A DNA stretch of 64,000 bases from an uncultured bacterium (GCA_903841185.1 CAIMIV010000070.1:2984-66983), one strand, 5' to 3'. Positions 20,674 through 30,729 are shown, counted from the stretch's first letter. Numbers and translations: made by a program. The notes: generated from the letters alone by a model not told the origin.

Positions 20674-20842
20674 ATTTTTATTTTTTACCCAATTATTTAA
20701 CTAGGGTGAATTATAATGATATTATATCACTACATCACAACCTGTCAATTCCCCATCAAAAAAACTACCCGCCACAGGCACTTTTTCTCAAGTCGTCTCC
20801 GAGGGTTTAACTCTCGGAGTTAATTTTGCATTACATTCAAGT

Positions 20843-21577
20843 TTAACTTAAAAAAACATATTTGCGATATTCCTCCAAAAACATTACCAACATTTTTCGT
20901 AATTCCTCCTTTTCTTCTTCGCTAAGAGCTAATACTTTTTTAGTTTGGCGCAATATCAAAGACTGCTTAACATAATCCGTTCCCAGAAATTGGGGATGAT
21001 ATTTTTCCAGCATGGCGGGAATATCTTTTTTTGGAACCGCGACGCCTTGACCCAAAAGCAAAGCATCGCTCATATTGATGATATAATTTACCCATTTTTC
21101 CGGCTTTCTTTTGAAGATGCTCTGCCCCTCGCTCACCGCATGCTCATAATTTTCTTGCCATTCGGAGCGAATGTCCCGTTGTACAATTTCATGCACTTCC
21201 GGTATGAGCTCTTTTATGTTTTTACCCGCTAAAACTCGGGCTTTTTCCTTCAGCTCCACTAAAAAAATATTGCTAACAAAACGCGTAGCTTTTTTATTAT
21301 CAGCTAGCCTGTTTTCAAAATCCACATAAGGAACCGCCGAAAAACCCATCTCCAGAGCGTATTTTTGAGCCATTCTTTCCAAACTAATAATTGGCACGTT
21401 TTTTGCATCCTTCACCAAAACCAACAAATCATAATCACTATACCCCTCCACAATATCATAGGTGCCATAACTTCCTATCACTATCAAGGAAACCAAATTC
21501 TCACCGAAAGATTTTTGAAACAACTCCGCAATTTCCCGCTCCATTTGATCCACTCGTCGTTTTCTTTTTTCGTTCAT
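20843..21577 (-). CDS. Pol-beta-superfamily nucleotidyltransferase, kanamycin-nucleotidyltransferase (ANT(4'))-like
   Basis: IVIGSYGTYDIVEGYSDYDLLVLV follows the G[SG]x9-13Dx[DE] NTase motif and resembles the KNTase N-domain (VYGSLGRQTDGPYSDIEMMCV). 244 aa. Confidence 0.6.
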   Translation of the reverse strand: MNEKRKRRVDQMEREIAELFQKSFGENLVSLIVIGSYGTYDIVEGYSDYDLLVLVKDAKNVPIISLERMAQKYALEMGFSAVPYVDFENRLADNKKATRFVSNIFLVELKEKARVLAGKNIKELIPEVHEIVQRDIRSEWQENYEHAVSEGQSIFKRKPEKWVNYIINMSDALLLGQGVAVPKKDIPAMLEKYHPQFLGTDYVKQSLILRQTKKVLALSEEEKEELRKMLVMFLEEYRKYVFLS

Positions 21578-21779
21578 TATGTAAAAAATATTTTTCTTAG
21601 TTATGTATCTAATTCTCCACCAAGCCTGTTAGTAAGTCAAGTTGCATTTAAGTCCGACTTAGCTGCAACTCTTTGTTGCAAAATATTACAAGATACTTAA
21701 TTCACCTCCATTCTTCTTTTTTATTTTCCCCTCTGACTCACCCTTCTTGCTTTTTTATATCAGTTAAATCCTAAAATCT

Positions 21780-22030
21780 ATGTCAAAAGTTTTTGAATAT
21801 CTTCTTGGCTAAATTCTTTCCTATAATCTATTAGCTTAGAGTCTGTAGCTTTTACTTTATTTGAGCCAGTTTTTCCATTCCCAAAATTGGGAATGGATGT
21901 AAAATAATCAAGGTCTTCTACAAAATCATATTTTTTGATTCTATCTGTGATCCAAGTTGCAAACCTCTTTCCAACGCCCGTCCATTTTCGGCGTGCTGGA
22001 CACTTTGTTTGAAACTATTTTTACCTTTGC
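21780..22030 (-). pseudogene. Internally deleted, start-less copy of the AntA-domain gene
   Basis: 21779-21840 is near-identical to 19776-19850 (the 3-prime end of the intact gene). 21840-21990 encodes a diverged AntA domain (WITDRIKKYDFVEDLDYF..) fused in frame to the C-terminal 20 codons. No start codon; stops upstream. Confidence 0.45.
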
Positions 22031-22152
22031 GGAAAAAGTGGAACAACCTTGGAAATAATCTCGGATCTTTTTACCTTCTTCATGTTAGTATTATGAAATA
22101 AAAGCCCTCTACCCGTATATTACTTTTTATAATACATTAATTTTATAAAAAA

Positions 22153-22300
22153 TATGTGGACCATCATTACAATCTTATTAATTCTCTGGTTTTTGGGACT
22201 CATTACCTCTTACACAGCGGGCGGGTTGTTGCATATCCTACTAGTAGTTGCGATTATCTTAGTTATTGTGCGTTTATTGCAAGGTCGTTCAGTCTTATAA
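22153..22300 (+). pseudogene. lmo0937-family small membrane protein gene disrupted by a +1 frameshift
   Basis: Frame 1 gives MWTIITILLILWFLGL. After an extra C at about 22201, frame 2 gives ITSYTAGGLLHILLVVAIILVIVRLLQGRSVL*. Joined, this matches the roughly 47-aa lmo0937 family. Confidence 0.4.
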
Positions 22301-22325
22301 AATAAAAAAACACCCCCTCCCCAAC

Positions 22326-22357
22326 AAAAAGACCCACTGCACGTGAGTCTTTTTTTA
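22326..22357 (+). terminator. Bidirectional intrinsic terminator
   Basis: AGACCCAC tgcac GTGAGTCT flanked by A5 and T7. Confidence 0.5.
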
Positions 22358-22387
22358 TTAATCCTATCGCCGCAACCAAAATCACCT

Positions 22388-22696
22388 CTACAATTCCCTG
22401 TCTCTCGGAAATTCAAAGTAGTACAGCACGCGCATGATCAATTGCCCGATGAGCAGATATACAAAGAGTGCCAGCAAGACCGTGAAGTCAATGACGAAAG
22501 CACCGATATGCAAAGTGGAAAAAATATTTTTGAATGGGGCGACTAGCGACGCCGAATTGGCCATTATCCACTGGGCGAAGGTGCCCGACAGATTGGCAGC
22601 AAAAAAAATCAGGATAAAGCGAAACAAAAGCAGCACTTCAACGACATAGAAGATTACGTTTACGATTAGGCGGATAATGCCCACGATACCAAACAT
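22388..22696 (-). CDS. YggT-family membrane protein
   Basis: VLLLFRFILIFF.. motif. 102 aa, 2-3 TM segments. Confidence 0.6.
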   Translation of the reverse strand: MFGIVGIIRLIVNVIFYVVEVLLLFRFILIFFAANLSGTFAQWIMANSASLVAPFKNIFSTLHIGAFVIDFTVLLALFVYLLIGQLIMRVLYYFEFPRDREL

Positions 22697-22851
22697 AGCT
22701 TTTTCACTTATTACTTATACCCCTAATACATCTCACTGGAGCGTATATTTCGAAAAATCAACTGTCTTTCGCTTTTCTTCCAACCGGCCTTGCGAAATAT
22801 ATTTGGCGTACCGCTGTATTATCTATGTAATAAACTTTAATAAAAAAAGCT

Positions 22852-23211
22852 ATGGACTCTTCATTCAACTCGCCCAGCACAAAACCGCTTTATCGAGGGA
22901 CGCAAATTGTCTGGTATCTTCTCGGTCTTTTGGAGATACTGCTCGCCTTTCGTTTCATTTTGAAATTATTGGGAGCCAATCCCGCGGCTGGTTTTACCGA
23001 TTTCATCTATGGCGTGACCTACATTTTTGCAGCCCCCTTCCTGAGTGTTTTCCGCCTTACGAAAGTCTCCGGCAACATCTTTGAATGGACCACCTTGCTA
23101 GCGATGCTGGTGTACTGGATTATTGCCCTTGGCATCATTAAACTATTCCTGATGGGCAGGACCGTCTCGACGCCGGAAGCTGCGAACAAAATGAACAAGC
23201 AAGAAAAATAG
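22852..23211 (+). CDS. YggT-family membrane protein (second copy, divergent orientation)
   Basis: LLAFRFILKLLGANP motif. 119 aa. Confidence 0.55.
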   Translation: MDSSFNSPSTKPLYRGTQIVWYLLGLLEILLAFRFILKLLGANPAAGFTDFIYGVTYIFAAPFLSVFRLTKVSGNIFEWTTLLAMLVYWIIALGIIKLFLMGRTVSTPEAANKMNKQEK

Positions 23212-23243
23212 AATAAAGTTAATCAATTTTAATTAAAAAATAT

Positions 23244-23483
23244 ATGGGTATCATTTTATGGATTGTCTTCGGGGCAATCGTCGGCTGGGTAGCCTCCGCC
23301 GTCATGGGGACTAGCGAGGGGCTGTTGATGGACATCGTCTTCGGAATCGTCGGAGCGGTGTTGGGCGGATGGATAATGAGCTTTCTGGGAAAAAGCGGCG
23401 TGTCCGGCTTCAACCTATACAGCTTTCTAGTCGCTATCCTCGGCGCCGTGGTGTTGATCGCCATTGTGAGAGCCATTCGCTAA
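23244..23483 (+). CDS. GlsB/YeaQ/YmgE-family stress-response membrane protein
   Basis: 79 aa. Gly-rich TM helices IVGWVASAVMG..VGAVLGGWI typical of the transglycosylase-associated protein family. Confidence 0.75.
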   Translation: MGIILWIVFGAIVGWVASAVMGTSEGLLMDIVFGIVGAVLGGWIMSFLGKSGVSGFNLYSFLVAILGAVVLIAIVRAIR

Positions 23484-23560
23484 AAGCAATGTGACCATGC
23501 CAAAAAAAATACCCGTCCAGCGGGTATTTTTGTTTTTTGTTTAGCTAGTAGTATTAATTT

Positions 23561-24292
23561 TTAAATTTGTGCCAGAATAAAGGCCATTAAAAAACCCGTG
23601 ATCGTAAGCAGGCTCACAGCATAGCCACCCTCTTCATAGGCTTCCGGCATCATACTGCTGGCCAGCATGGCTAATATAGCACCCGCGGCTAATGATTCCA
23701 AAATGCCGATCGTATTGGGATTCAAATCATGCAAAAAAACAAAACTCAGCACCGTGGCCAAGGCCACTACTATTCCAGCAATCAACCAAATATAAAAAAT
23801 ACTCTTGGAAGAAAATTTTTCTTTTTTTAATCCCGCTACGGAGGCGATGCTTTCTGGAATATTGGAAATCACAATGGCCACCAGCATAATTATTCCCACA
23901 CCCTTGTTTGCAAATAAGGCGATTCCCAAGGCGATAGACTCTGGAATCCCATCCAGCAACGAACCCACCACTATTATCAGCCCATTGGAAGAGTGCTTGG
24001 CGGGGCTATGTTGATGCCGTCGATGCTTGCGACCGCCCAAATGATGAATCACCCAATCACCGGCCACATACAGCAATCCTCCTGCAAAAAAGCCGATAAT
24101 CACCGCGTCAAAACCGCCGTGACCAAAAGCCTCCTCCATTAGGCCGAATGTCAGGGCGCAAATAAGCACTCCAGAGCCAAAGGCCATAACCGCGGCGATG
24201 ACTTTTTGTTGCAAATGAAAATAGCCGCCGATCAGTGCTCCGACAATAAGAGAAAAACCATTGATACAAGCAAACACCAGAACTTGGGTCAT
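23561..24292 (-). CDS. ZIP-family metal (zinc) transporter
   Basis: LDGIPESIALG and NIPESIA motifs plus a His-rich cytoplasmic loop (HRRHQH). Confidence 0.75.
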   Translation of the reverse strand: MTQVLVFACINGFSLIVGALIGGYFHLQQKVIAAVMAFGSGVLICALTFGLMEEAFGHGGFDAVIIGFFAGGLLYVAGDWVIHHLGGRKHRRHQHSPAKHSSNGLIIVVGSLLDGIPESIALGIALFANKGVGIIMLVAIVISNIPESIASVAGLKKEKFSSKSIFYIWLIAGIVVALATVLSFVFLHDLNPNTIGILESLAAGAILAMLASSMMPEAYEEGGYAVSLLTITGFLMAFILAQI

Positions 24293-24322
24293 AATTGTTT
24301 ATACTATATTTATTTTATTAGC

Positions 24323-25474
24323 TTAGCTAGTGACTTTCCTTTTAGCGGAGAGTTGATTTATTTTGTTTCTCATCGGCACTTCAACAAAATAATAAGTTAA
24401 GGTGGAAATAAGAATAACACTGGCCAAATAGATGGAAGCATACAACCAGGCAATTCCCCAGTCGAGATGGTCTAATTTTATTTGCGTAAATTTTTTGAAA
24501 TAATTAAGCAGAAAAAACATAATCGGAAGGTGCATCAGATAGACTGAATATGAAATATCGCCCAAATAGATGAGCGGCTTGAGATTGAGAAGATATTTGC
24601 CAACGCCTTCGACATAAACGCTGGCTAATATTATAGCAGCGAATACCACAATTGGAACAAAATCAGGTGTAGGAACAGCCATTACTGTCACAATCGCCAC
24701 TATGGTCAATAACCAGACCGCATCTTTATTGAAATATCTCCGACCCCAGCCGACGCGATAGAGCTCATAGAGCAGCATGCCGAAGAGAAAACCAAAAAAA
24801 CAGCGAATAAACCCATAATCATAAGTGACATCCAAGCTGTATTTCACACTGGGGTCAAGTGCGCTTTTTGATGTAGGAGATAATGGATAGAGGTAGTAAT
24901 TTATGAATAAATAACCAGCAACGACACCAAAAAAAATAAAGATTTTTTTCCAACCGGTAATTTTGCGAAAAGGAATCAGCAAAAAAGGAAAAACAACATA
25001 CATCCACCATTCGACACTGATAGACCAGGAAGCGCTGTCCCAGGAAAGAAAGTCGTATACATTCATGGATTGAAGAAGAAGCAGATGAGCCCAGATAGCT
25101 TGCATATTGAAAGTGTAGATATAATCTGTCGGATAGAGTGTGAAATTGGCTCGATACCAGAAGTACAGCACTCCCATGAATAAAAGGGAAAACAGATGCA
25201 GCGGATAGATGCGGGCAAACCGTGAAAGCATGAATTTTTTGAAATTTTCCTTAATATTTTTTTCGAAAGGCTCCGAATAAACGTGCATCATAATAAAACC
25301 GGAGAGTAAAAAAAAGAAGTCTACCCATAGATAGCCTTTTTGGATAAAATGATTGAGCGGACCATCCCAGGGTGATAGAGCAAAACAGAAAACATTCACA
25401 TGAAGCAGTATGACTAAAATCGCAGCTAAGCCACGAAGAGACGAAAGTGAAGAAAGATAATTTTTCTTTTGCAT
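24323..25474 (-). CDS. Acyltransferase-3 family membrane O-acyltransferase
   Basis: 383 aa, about 10 TM segments. N-terminal LRGLAAILVILLHV motif. Confidence 0.75.
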   Translation of the reverse strand: MQKKNYLSSLSSLRGLAAILVILLHVNVFCFALSPWDGPLNHFIQKGYLWVDFFFLLSGFIMMHVYSEPFEKNIKENFKKFMLSRFARIYPLHLFSLLFMGVLYFWYRANFTLYPTDYIYTFNMQAIWAHLLLLQSMNVYDFLSWDSASWSISVEWWMYVVFPFLLIPFRKITGWKKIFIFFGVVAGYLFINYYLYPLSPTSKSALDPSVKYSLDVTYDYGFIRCFFGFLFGMLLYELYRVGWGRRYFNKDAVWLLTIVAIVTVMAVPTPDFVPIVVFAAIILASVYVEGVGKYLLNLKPLIYLGDISYSVYLMHLPIMFFLLNYFKKFTQIKLDHLDWGIAWLYASIYLASVILISTLTYYFVEVPMRNKINQLSAKRKVTS

Positions 25475-25571
25475 ATTGCTATTTCCTATACATTTAACTT
25501 ATCCATCATACACGTTAAAAACTAAAAAGAAAAACTGTTAGACCTCTTACGTAATAAGTTATGCAAGAAGT

Positions 25572-26255
25572 CTATTGAAGATATGGGGTAATTAGATCCC
25601 TCCACACGGCATAGCCATGAGAATTGAGATGCAGTCCATCCGCAGTATATTTAGTATATAGCTGATTATCTTCCCCGCAAAAATAAGGATAGAGATCAAC
25701 AAAAAATATGTTTTTGCCCACAGCCAATGATTTTAGCTTCGCATTGAGCGCGATGATTTTTTGACTATCCACCTTGCCATAGCGAGAGATAGTATTGTTT
25801 ACCGGCAAGATACTTTGGATATAGATTATTGTTTCCGGAGATTCAACCTTGATTTTGTTTACCACTAGATCATAGTTAGCTGCCACGTAAGCCACATCTT
25901 GTCCTCTGATAAAATCATTAATACCGATCATTAGAAATAATTTATGCGGTTTGGCACTGATGGCGACACTTAGCCGTGCCAAAACATCATCCGTAGTATT
26001 GCCGGAAACGCCGGCATTTTTGATGTGAGTATCCCCCAACAAAGTGTTCCAATTTTCCAGTGCTGTGATGCTGTCGCCAAGAAACACCGTTCGGCTGGCT
26101 GCATCGGCTGCCGACTGACCTTGCCCCGAGAAAGAAACGATATATTGCCAACCGGTCTGCGGTTTATGATCCCCTAGCCAAATCGAACCGCCAACAATAA
26201 CTGAAATCAGTAGAATTATTCCAACCGCCCATTCTATTTTTATATTTTTGTTCAT
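25572..26255 (-). CDS. SGNH/GDSL hydrolase with N-terminal membrane anchor
   Basis: Block I GDSIT, block III GxND (MIGINDF), block V DGLHLN. Confidence 0.7.
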   Translation of the reverse strand: MNKNIKIEWAVGIILLISVIVGGSIWLGDHKPQTGWQYIVSFSGQGQSAADAASRTVFLGDSITALENWNTLLGDTHIKNAGVSGNTTDDVLARLSVAISAKPHKLFLMIGINDFIRGQDVAYVAANYDLVVNKIKVESPETIIYIQSILPVNNTISRYGKVDSQKIIALNAKLKSLAVGKNIFFVDLYPYFCGEDNQLYTKYTADGLHLNSHGYAVWRDLITPYLQ

Positions 26256-26331
26256 ATTGTTCTCCTAACTCCTGTAGTTTATCACGAAAAATTTAATCTT
26301 TCAATCCAGAAATAATAATTTATTTATTTAT

Positions 26332-27300
26332 TTATTTCGCTAGAATGATATTAAAGAGATAGCCCGTGAAAATAATCCCTAAGCCCACTACGCTGGCAAA
26401 AATCACAATCAGATTGACCTTCATCACTTTTTTCAAAATCATGAATTCCGGCAAGGACAAGGCAGTGACAGCCATCATGAAAGCCAAGGCTGTCCCCATC
26501 GCCACCCCTTTTTCCGTCAAGGCTCCCACCAGCGGAATCACGCCGGCTGCATTGGAATAGAGCGGAATGCCAATGAGCACGGCCAGAGGCACGGCGTACC
26601 ATTTGTCGCTGCCAGCATATTGCGCTAAAAAGTCCGCCGGCACGTAGCCATGAATCCAAGCGCCCAATCCCACGCCAATCACCACATAGAGCCAGACTTT
26701 TTTTACAATCTCCCAAGTATATGTTTTGGCATATTCCATTCTTTCCTCCCAATTTAATTCGGGTAGATTAAGATTTTTATCATTACCCTTCAATGCAAAT
26801 TCCTCCACTAAATTTCTAACATCCATTTTTTCAATCACCATGCCGGAAAAAATTGCAATCAAAAGACCGCTGACAATATAAAGTAGCGCTATTTTCCAAC
26901 CGAACATGCCCAACAGCAACACCAGTGCCACTTCATTGATCATGGGCGAAGCTACCAGGAAAGAAAAGGTGGTGCCCAACGGCACGCCGGCTTGCACAAA
27001 GCCCAAGAAAAGCGGAACCGCCGAGCAAGAACAAAAAGGTGTGACAATTCCCAGCAAAGCGGCCAGGATATTGCCGACATATTTTTTTTCATGCGAAAGA
27101 ATGTTTCTGATTTTTTCTGGCGGCAAGAATGAGCGGATAATCGAAACCACGAAAATTATCACGAACAAAAGCAAAAGAATTTTGATCGTATCGAAGATAA
27201 AGAAATTTACCGCACTCGCCAAAAGCGTTTCGCGAACTATGCCAAAAACTGCATAGGTTAGCCAGTCGGCCAAAAGTTGGATCGGATAAAATATATTCAT
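26332..27300 (-). CDS. DUF318/ArsP-like permease
   Basis: 322 aa, 8 TM segments. Conserved TPFCSCSAVP cysteine motif. Confidence 0.65.
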   Translation of the reverse strand: MNIFYPIQLLADWLTYAVFGIVRETLLASAVNFFIFDTIKILLLLFVIIFVVSIIRSFLPPEKIRNILSHEKKYVGNILAALLGIVTPFCSCSAVPLFLGFVQAGVPLGTTFSFLVASPMINEVALVLLLGMFGWKIALLYIVSGLLIAIFSGMVIEKMDVRNLVEEFALKGNDKNLNLPELNWEERMEYAKTYTWEIVKKVWLYVVIGVGLGAWIHGYVPADFLAQYAGSDKWYAVPLAVLIGIPLYSNAAGVIPLVGALTEKGVAMGTALAFMMAVTALSLPEFMILKKVMKVNLIVIFASVVGLGIIFTGYLFNIILAK

Positions 27301-27322
27301 ACAGTTTTATTTTGGATTTTTA

Positions 27323-27658
27323 TTAACACCGTCCGCCACAACAACACCCGCCGGATCCGGTAGAAGCCTGATCATCACTGCTAATCTTTGTCTCCCTACT
27401 TGCAATGATTTGTTTGATTTTGTCCACGTTGGGCACCTGACCGGCCATGGCCACTTCGCCGTCAATCACGAGAGCAGGCGTGCTCATGAAGCCATAGCTC
27501 ATAATATCTTGGATTTCGGTCACTTTTTCCACCCGCGCTTCCATTTTTAATGCCTCTAAAGCTTGTCGGGTGTTAGTTTCTAATTTAAGGCAATTAGGGC
27601 AACCAGTGCCGAGAATTTTGATGTTCACCCCGTTAGAATTTTTGTTACTACTTGTCAT
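27323..27658 (-). CDS. Thioredoxin-fold redox-active disulfide protein 2-like, with Cys-rich C-terminal tail
   Basis: ILGTGCPNC CxxC motif. C-terminus GSGGCCCGGRC. Confidence 0.65.
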   Translation of the reverse strand: MTSSNKNSNGVNIKILGTGCPNCLKLETNTRQALEALKMEARVEKVTEIQDIMSYGFMSTPALVIDGEVAMAGQVPNVDKIKQIIASRETKISSDDQASTGSGGCCCGGRC

Positions 27659-27752
27659 ATATTTATTGATTACAAATTACTTAAATTTATTAACACCATC
27701 GCTTGAAATATTTAATTTCTAACGGGGTGAATATGTTTTTATAAAAATTAAA

Positions 27753-28715
27753 TTAATTACAATGGGCACATTTCATTTTTAACTTTTCCGCTTCAGTGAC
27801 TGACAGCATTTGGATGGTGACGTGGTTGATCTTGAATTTATGTATTAGCATTTCTTGTATTTGATAGAGCAGCTCATTGCGCTCGCCATTTTCCACATTC
27901 TCAATTTCCAGATGAGCGCTCAAAAATCGGCTATGGCTGTCGGTCTGCCAAATATGCAAGTCGTGCACACCCATGACTCCCGTGATTACCTTAAGCGCGC
28001 CTTTAACTTCCTCAAAATCGATATCACTCGGCACTGATTCCATCAGAATATTTACCGCATCTTTAAGCAATCCATACACTTCTTTCAAAACATACACTGA
28101 CAACACGATGGAAATAATTGGATCAACAATAAACCAATGAAAATAATAAATCAGTACCGCGCCAACCACAATACCCAGAGAAAATAGGGCGTCTTGCAAA
28201 GAATGCAACCAAGCACTTTTCATGTTCAAATTCTTGTGTGCGTCTTTTTCCAAGATATAGGTGGCGATGCCGTTGCCCATCAAGGCCACCAGCGCCGCCC
28301 AAATCATGGAAGTGCCCGCTATTTCTGCCGGGTAAAACAAGCGTTGGGATGCCTCAATTAGGATATACGCCACTACTGCCAAAAGCACGAGAGAATTGAT
28401 GAAGGCAATCAGGATTTCCGCTCGCTTATAGCCATACGTTTTGAGTGTCGTATTGCCTCTGGTTTTTATTTTTTCTCCCCACCAGCTCAAACTCAATGAC
28501 CCGACATCGGAGAAATTGTGCAAGGCTTCCGACACCAACGCCAAGCTGCCAATGAATAGTCCGACTACGATCTCAAAAGCGGTAATAATAATATTCAGCA
28601 CAATCGCCCAGGCGATATTTTTGTTGCCGGACTCCTCCCCGTTTTCTGATTTGCCGTGCGTATGCAGCTCATGCTGATGGGTATGTCCACAACACTCTTT
28701 TTCATATTCCTGCAT
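27753..28715 (-). CDS. Cation diffusion facilitator (CDF) family metal efflux transporter
   Basis: His-rich N-terminus HTHQHELHTHGK, 6 TM segments, C-terminal cytoplasmic domain. 320 aa. Confidence 0.8.
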   Translation of the reverse strand: MQEYEKECCGHTHQHELHTHGKSENGEESGNKNIAWAIVLNIIITAFEIVVGLFIGSLALVSEALHNFSDVGSLSLSWWGEKIKTRGNTTLKTYGYKRAEILIAFINSLVLLAVVAYILIEASQRLFYPAEIAGTSMIWAALVALMGNGIATYILEKDAHKNLNMKSAWLHSLQDALFSLGIVVGAVLIYYFHWFIVDPIISIVLSVYVLKEVYGLLKDAVNILMESVPSDIDFEEVKGALKVITGVMGVHDLHIWQTDSHSRFLSAHLEIENVENGERNELLYQIQEMLIHKFKINHVTIQMLSVTEAEKLKMKCAHCN

Positions 28716-28725
28716 AGTTTTTTTA

Positions 28726-29031
28726 TTAGATTACTTGGTTAAATATTTTTTTGTATTCCCGGATGGCTTTTTTATCCAAACCGTAGCGGATGAAATTTCC
28801 CTCGCGTTTTTCCGTCAAAAGTCCGATGCTCTTCAACTGCTTGAGATGGTGTGAAACCAGTTTATCCGAAATACCTATCTGGGGAACGATTTCACAGACG
28901 CACTGTGCCCCACTCCGCAAAACACACAGAATCTTCAATCTATTGGGATCAGCCACCGCCCGCAAAAAAACGTAGACCTGACTAACCTCTTTCTCCTCTT
29001 TTGAATTTTTAGCGCAACATTGGAATTCCAT
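28726..29031 (-). CDS. ArsR/SmtB-family metalloregulator
   Basis: wHTH region ADPNRLKILCVLRSGAQCVCEI..SHHLKQL with metal-binding Cys pairs. Confidence 0.8.
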   Translation of the reverse strand: MEFQCCAKNSKEEKEVSQVYVFLRAVADPNRLKILCVLRSGAQCVCEIVPQIGISDKLVSHHLKQLKSIGLLTEKREGNFIRYGLDKKAIREYKKIFNQVI

Positions 29032-29036
29032 AACAA

Positions 29037-29066
29037 ATACTATTCTAATATATATTAGAATAGTAT
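29037..29066 (-). promoter_or_regulatory. Perfect 30-bp palindromic operator immediately upstream of the ArsR-family gene
   Basis: ATACTATTCTAATATATATTAGAATAGTAT is its own reverse complement. It lies 6-35 nt upstream of the start codon. Confidence 0.5.
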
Positions 29067-29126
29067 GCCAATATCTTTATTGTGTCAAGAGTGTAAGCCT
29101 TAACTTGCAGCATTAGAAAATTAAGC

Positions 29127-30446
29127 TTAATCACCGGCAATCTCCTGCAAGAACTCTTTTTGTTTCCTCCTTTTTTCTAGCATCCCCAGTTGCTCGATTT
29201 CTTGCACATTAGCGCGGGACAGTTCTTCCAGCGCTTTGTCAAATTCATAGACTTGCGGATTCACCTCCAAAGCCACGTCATTGATCCCCAACAGTTTGAT
29301 GCCGTCCAAGGTGCGCACCCGGGACAGGGCGACGTAGCCCATGCCATATTCAAAAGACTTACTGAGATCCATTTCCACCGCGTCCAAGGTCATCCCCTGG
29401 CTTTTGTGTACCGTAATCGCCCAAGCCAGCCGCAGAGGCATTTGGGTGACTGAGGCGAGCAGCGTGTCTTCCTCTTCAATGGACCATTTTTCCGGAATCA
29501 CCGCAATCCGTTTGCCGGAAGTGATTTCTACCAACGGCAAGCCCAGACTGTCAAAGCCCATCACCCGCCCCAGTGTGCCGTTGACGTAACCCCGTTCAAA
29601 ATTGTTTTTCACAAACATCACTGCCGCTCCGATTTTCAATACCAGTGTTTCCGGCGCCAGGCAGCCTCGTTTGATAGTGCTAATCAGATTATCAATACCG
29701 GTGGCCGTCATCTGGAATACTTTAGGCTCCGCTTCAATTTTTTGCAATTCAAAATCATTGATAGCATCCACATTGGCATTGTGGGTATAGAGCTTGGTCG
29801 GTACAATCTTGCCTTTGAGAGATTTGTTTTCTCGCGTCATAATCAAATCCCGCGTTTTTTCGTCGCAAGACCGGTTGCGGATGTCATTCAAAATTTGGAG
29901 CATTCGGCGGTCTTCTTGGCGATGCTGTTCTTCCAAATAGCAAATCTTGGGCCGCATGGTTGCCCACGCCTCCGATTCGATGACAAATTGCGCTTTTCTC
30001 CCGTATTTGGCCACCGGTGGCAACTGAAAAAAATCTCCGCAGAGAATCACCTGCAGTCCGCCGAAGGGCTGAAAAGGGTCTTTGAATTTTTTGCAAATGC
30101 TGTCCACCAGGTCCAACTGATGGGCATGCAACATCGACACTTCATCAATGATGAGGACCTTGGCTTTTTTAAATTTTTGCCGATGATAATGCTTTTTGGC
30201 CAATTTAGTCAGATCCTCTTCGCTAAGTGTGTCACTGATACCCATCCCCGACCAGCTATGGATGGTCTGGCCGTTCATGTGGGTGGCCGCAATTCCCGTG
30301 GAAGCAGTGACCGCCACGCCGATGTTTTTTTCTTTGAGATAAGCGATATATTGGTTCAACAAATAGGTCTTGCCGCTGCCGGCAGGACCCGTCAAAAAAA
30401 CGTTATGACCCAGTTTGAGAATATCAAGCGCTGTTTTTTGTTTCAT
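29127..30446 (-). CDS. PIF1/RecD-like AAA+ DNA helicase
   Basis: Walker A GPAGSGKTY, Walker B LIIDEVSM. C-terminal PIF1-type region. 439 aa. Confidence 0.75.
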   Translation of the reverse strand: MKQKTALDILKLGHNVFLTGPAGSGKTYLLNQYIAYLKEKNIGVAVTASTGIAATHMNGQTIHSWSGMGISDTLSEEDLTKLAKKHYHRQKFKKAKVLIIDEVSMLHAHQLDLVDSICKKFKDPFQPFGGLQVILCGDFFQLPPVAKYGRKAQFVIESEAWATMRPKICYLEEQHRQEDRRMLQILNDIRNRSCDEKTRDLIMTRENKSLKGKIVPTKLYTHNANVDAINDFELQKIEAEPKVFQMTATGIDNLISTIKRGCLAPETLVLKIGAAVMFVKNNFERGYVNGTLGRVMGFDSLGLPLVEITSGKRIAVIPEKWSIEEEDTLLASVTQMPLRLAWAITVHKSQGMTLDAVEMDLSKSFEYGMGYVALSRVRTLDGIKLLGINDVALEVNPQVYEFDKALEELSRANVQEIEQLGMLEKRRKQKEFLQEIAGD

Positions 30447-30729
30447 ATCCGCATTTTATAGGAAATATGGGGTTATGTACATTAAGCCTCTCTTTGTAAC
30501 AGCATCCCTTCTTGCCTGCTCTTCCGCCGAGACTGGCGCAAGGGCACAGCCCATTTGCTCTCCCATAAAATTAGGTTAGACAATTAATAAAAATATTTTT
30601 ACCATTTTATTGCCAGATAATTCATCGTCACCCTTAACCCCTTTATTCTAGCAAGAAAATGCTTCCGTCACAAATACCATTTCCAAATTATTGAACTAAT
30701 AATTTTATCCTTTGGATTTGATTTTAATG

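Noticed and set aside
29742-30461. 239-aa plus-strand ORF
   Set aside because: Antisense to the PIF1-like helicase gene.
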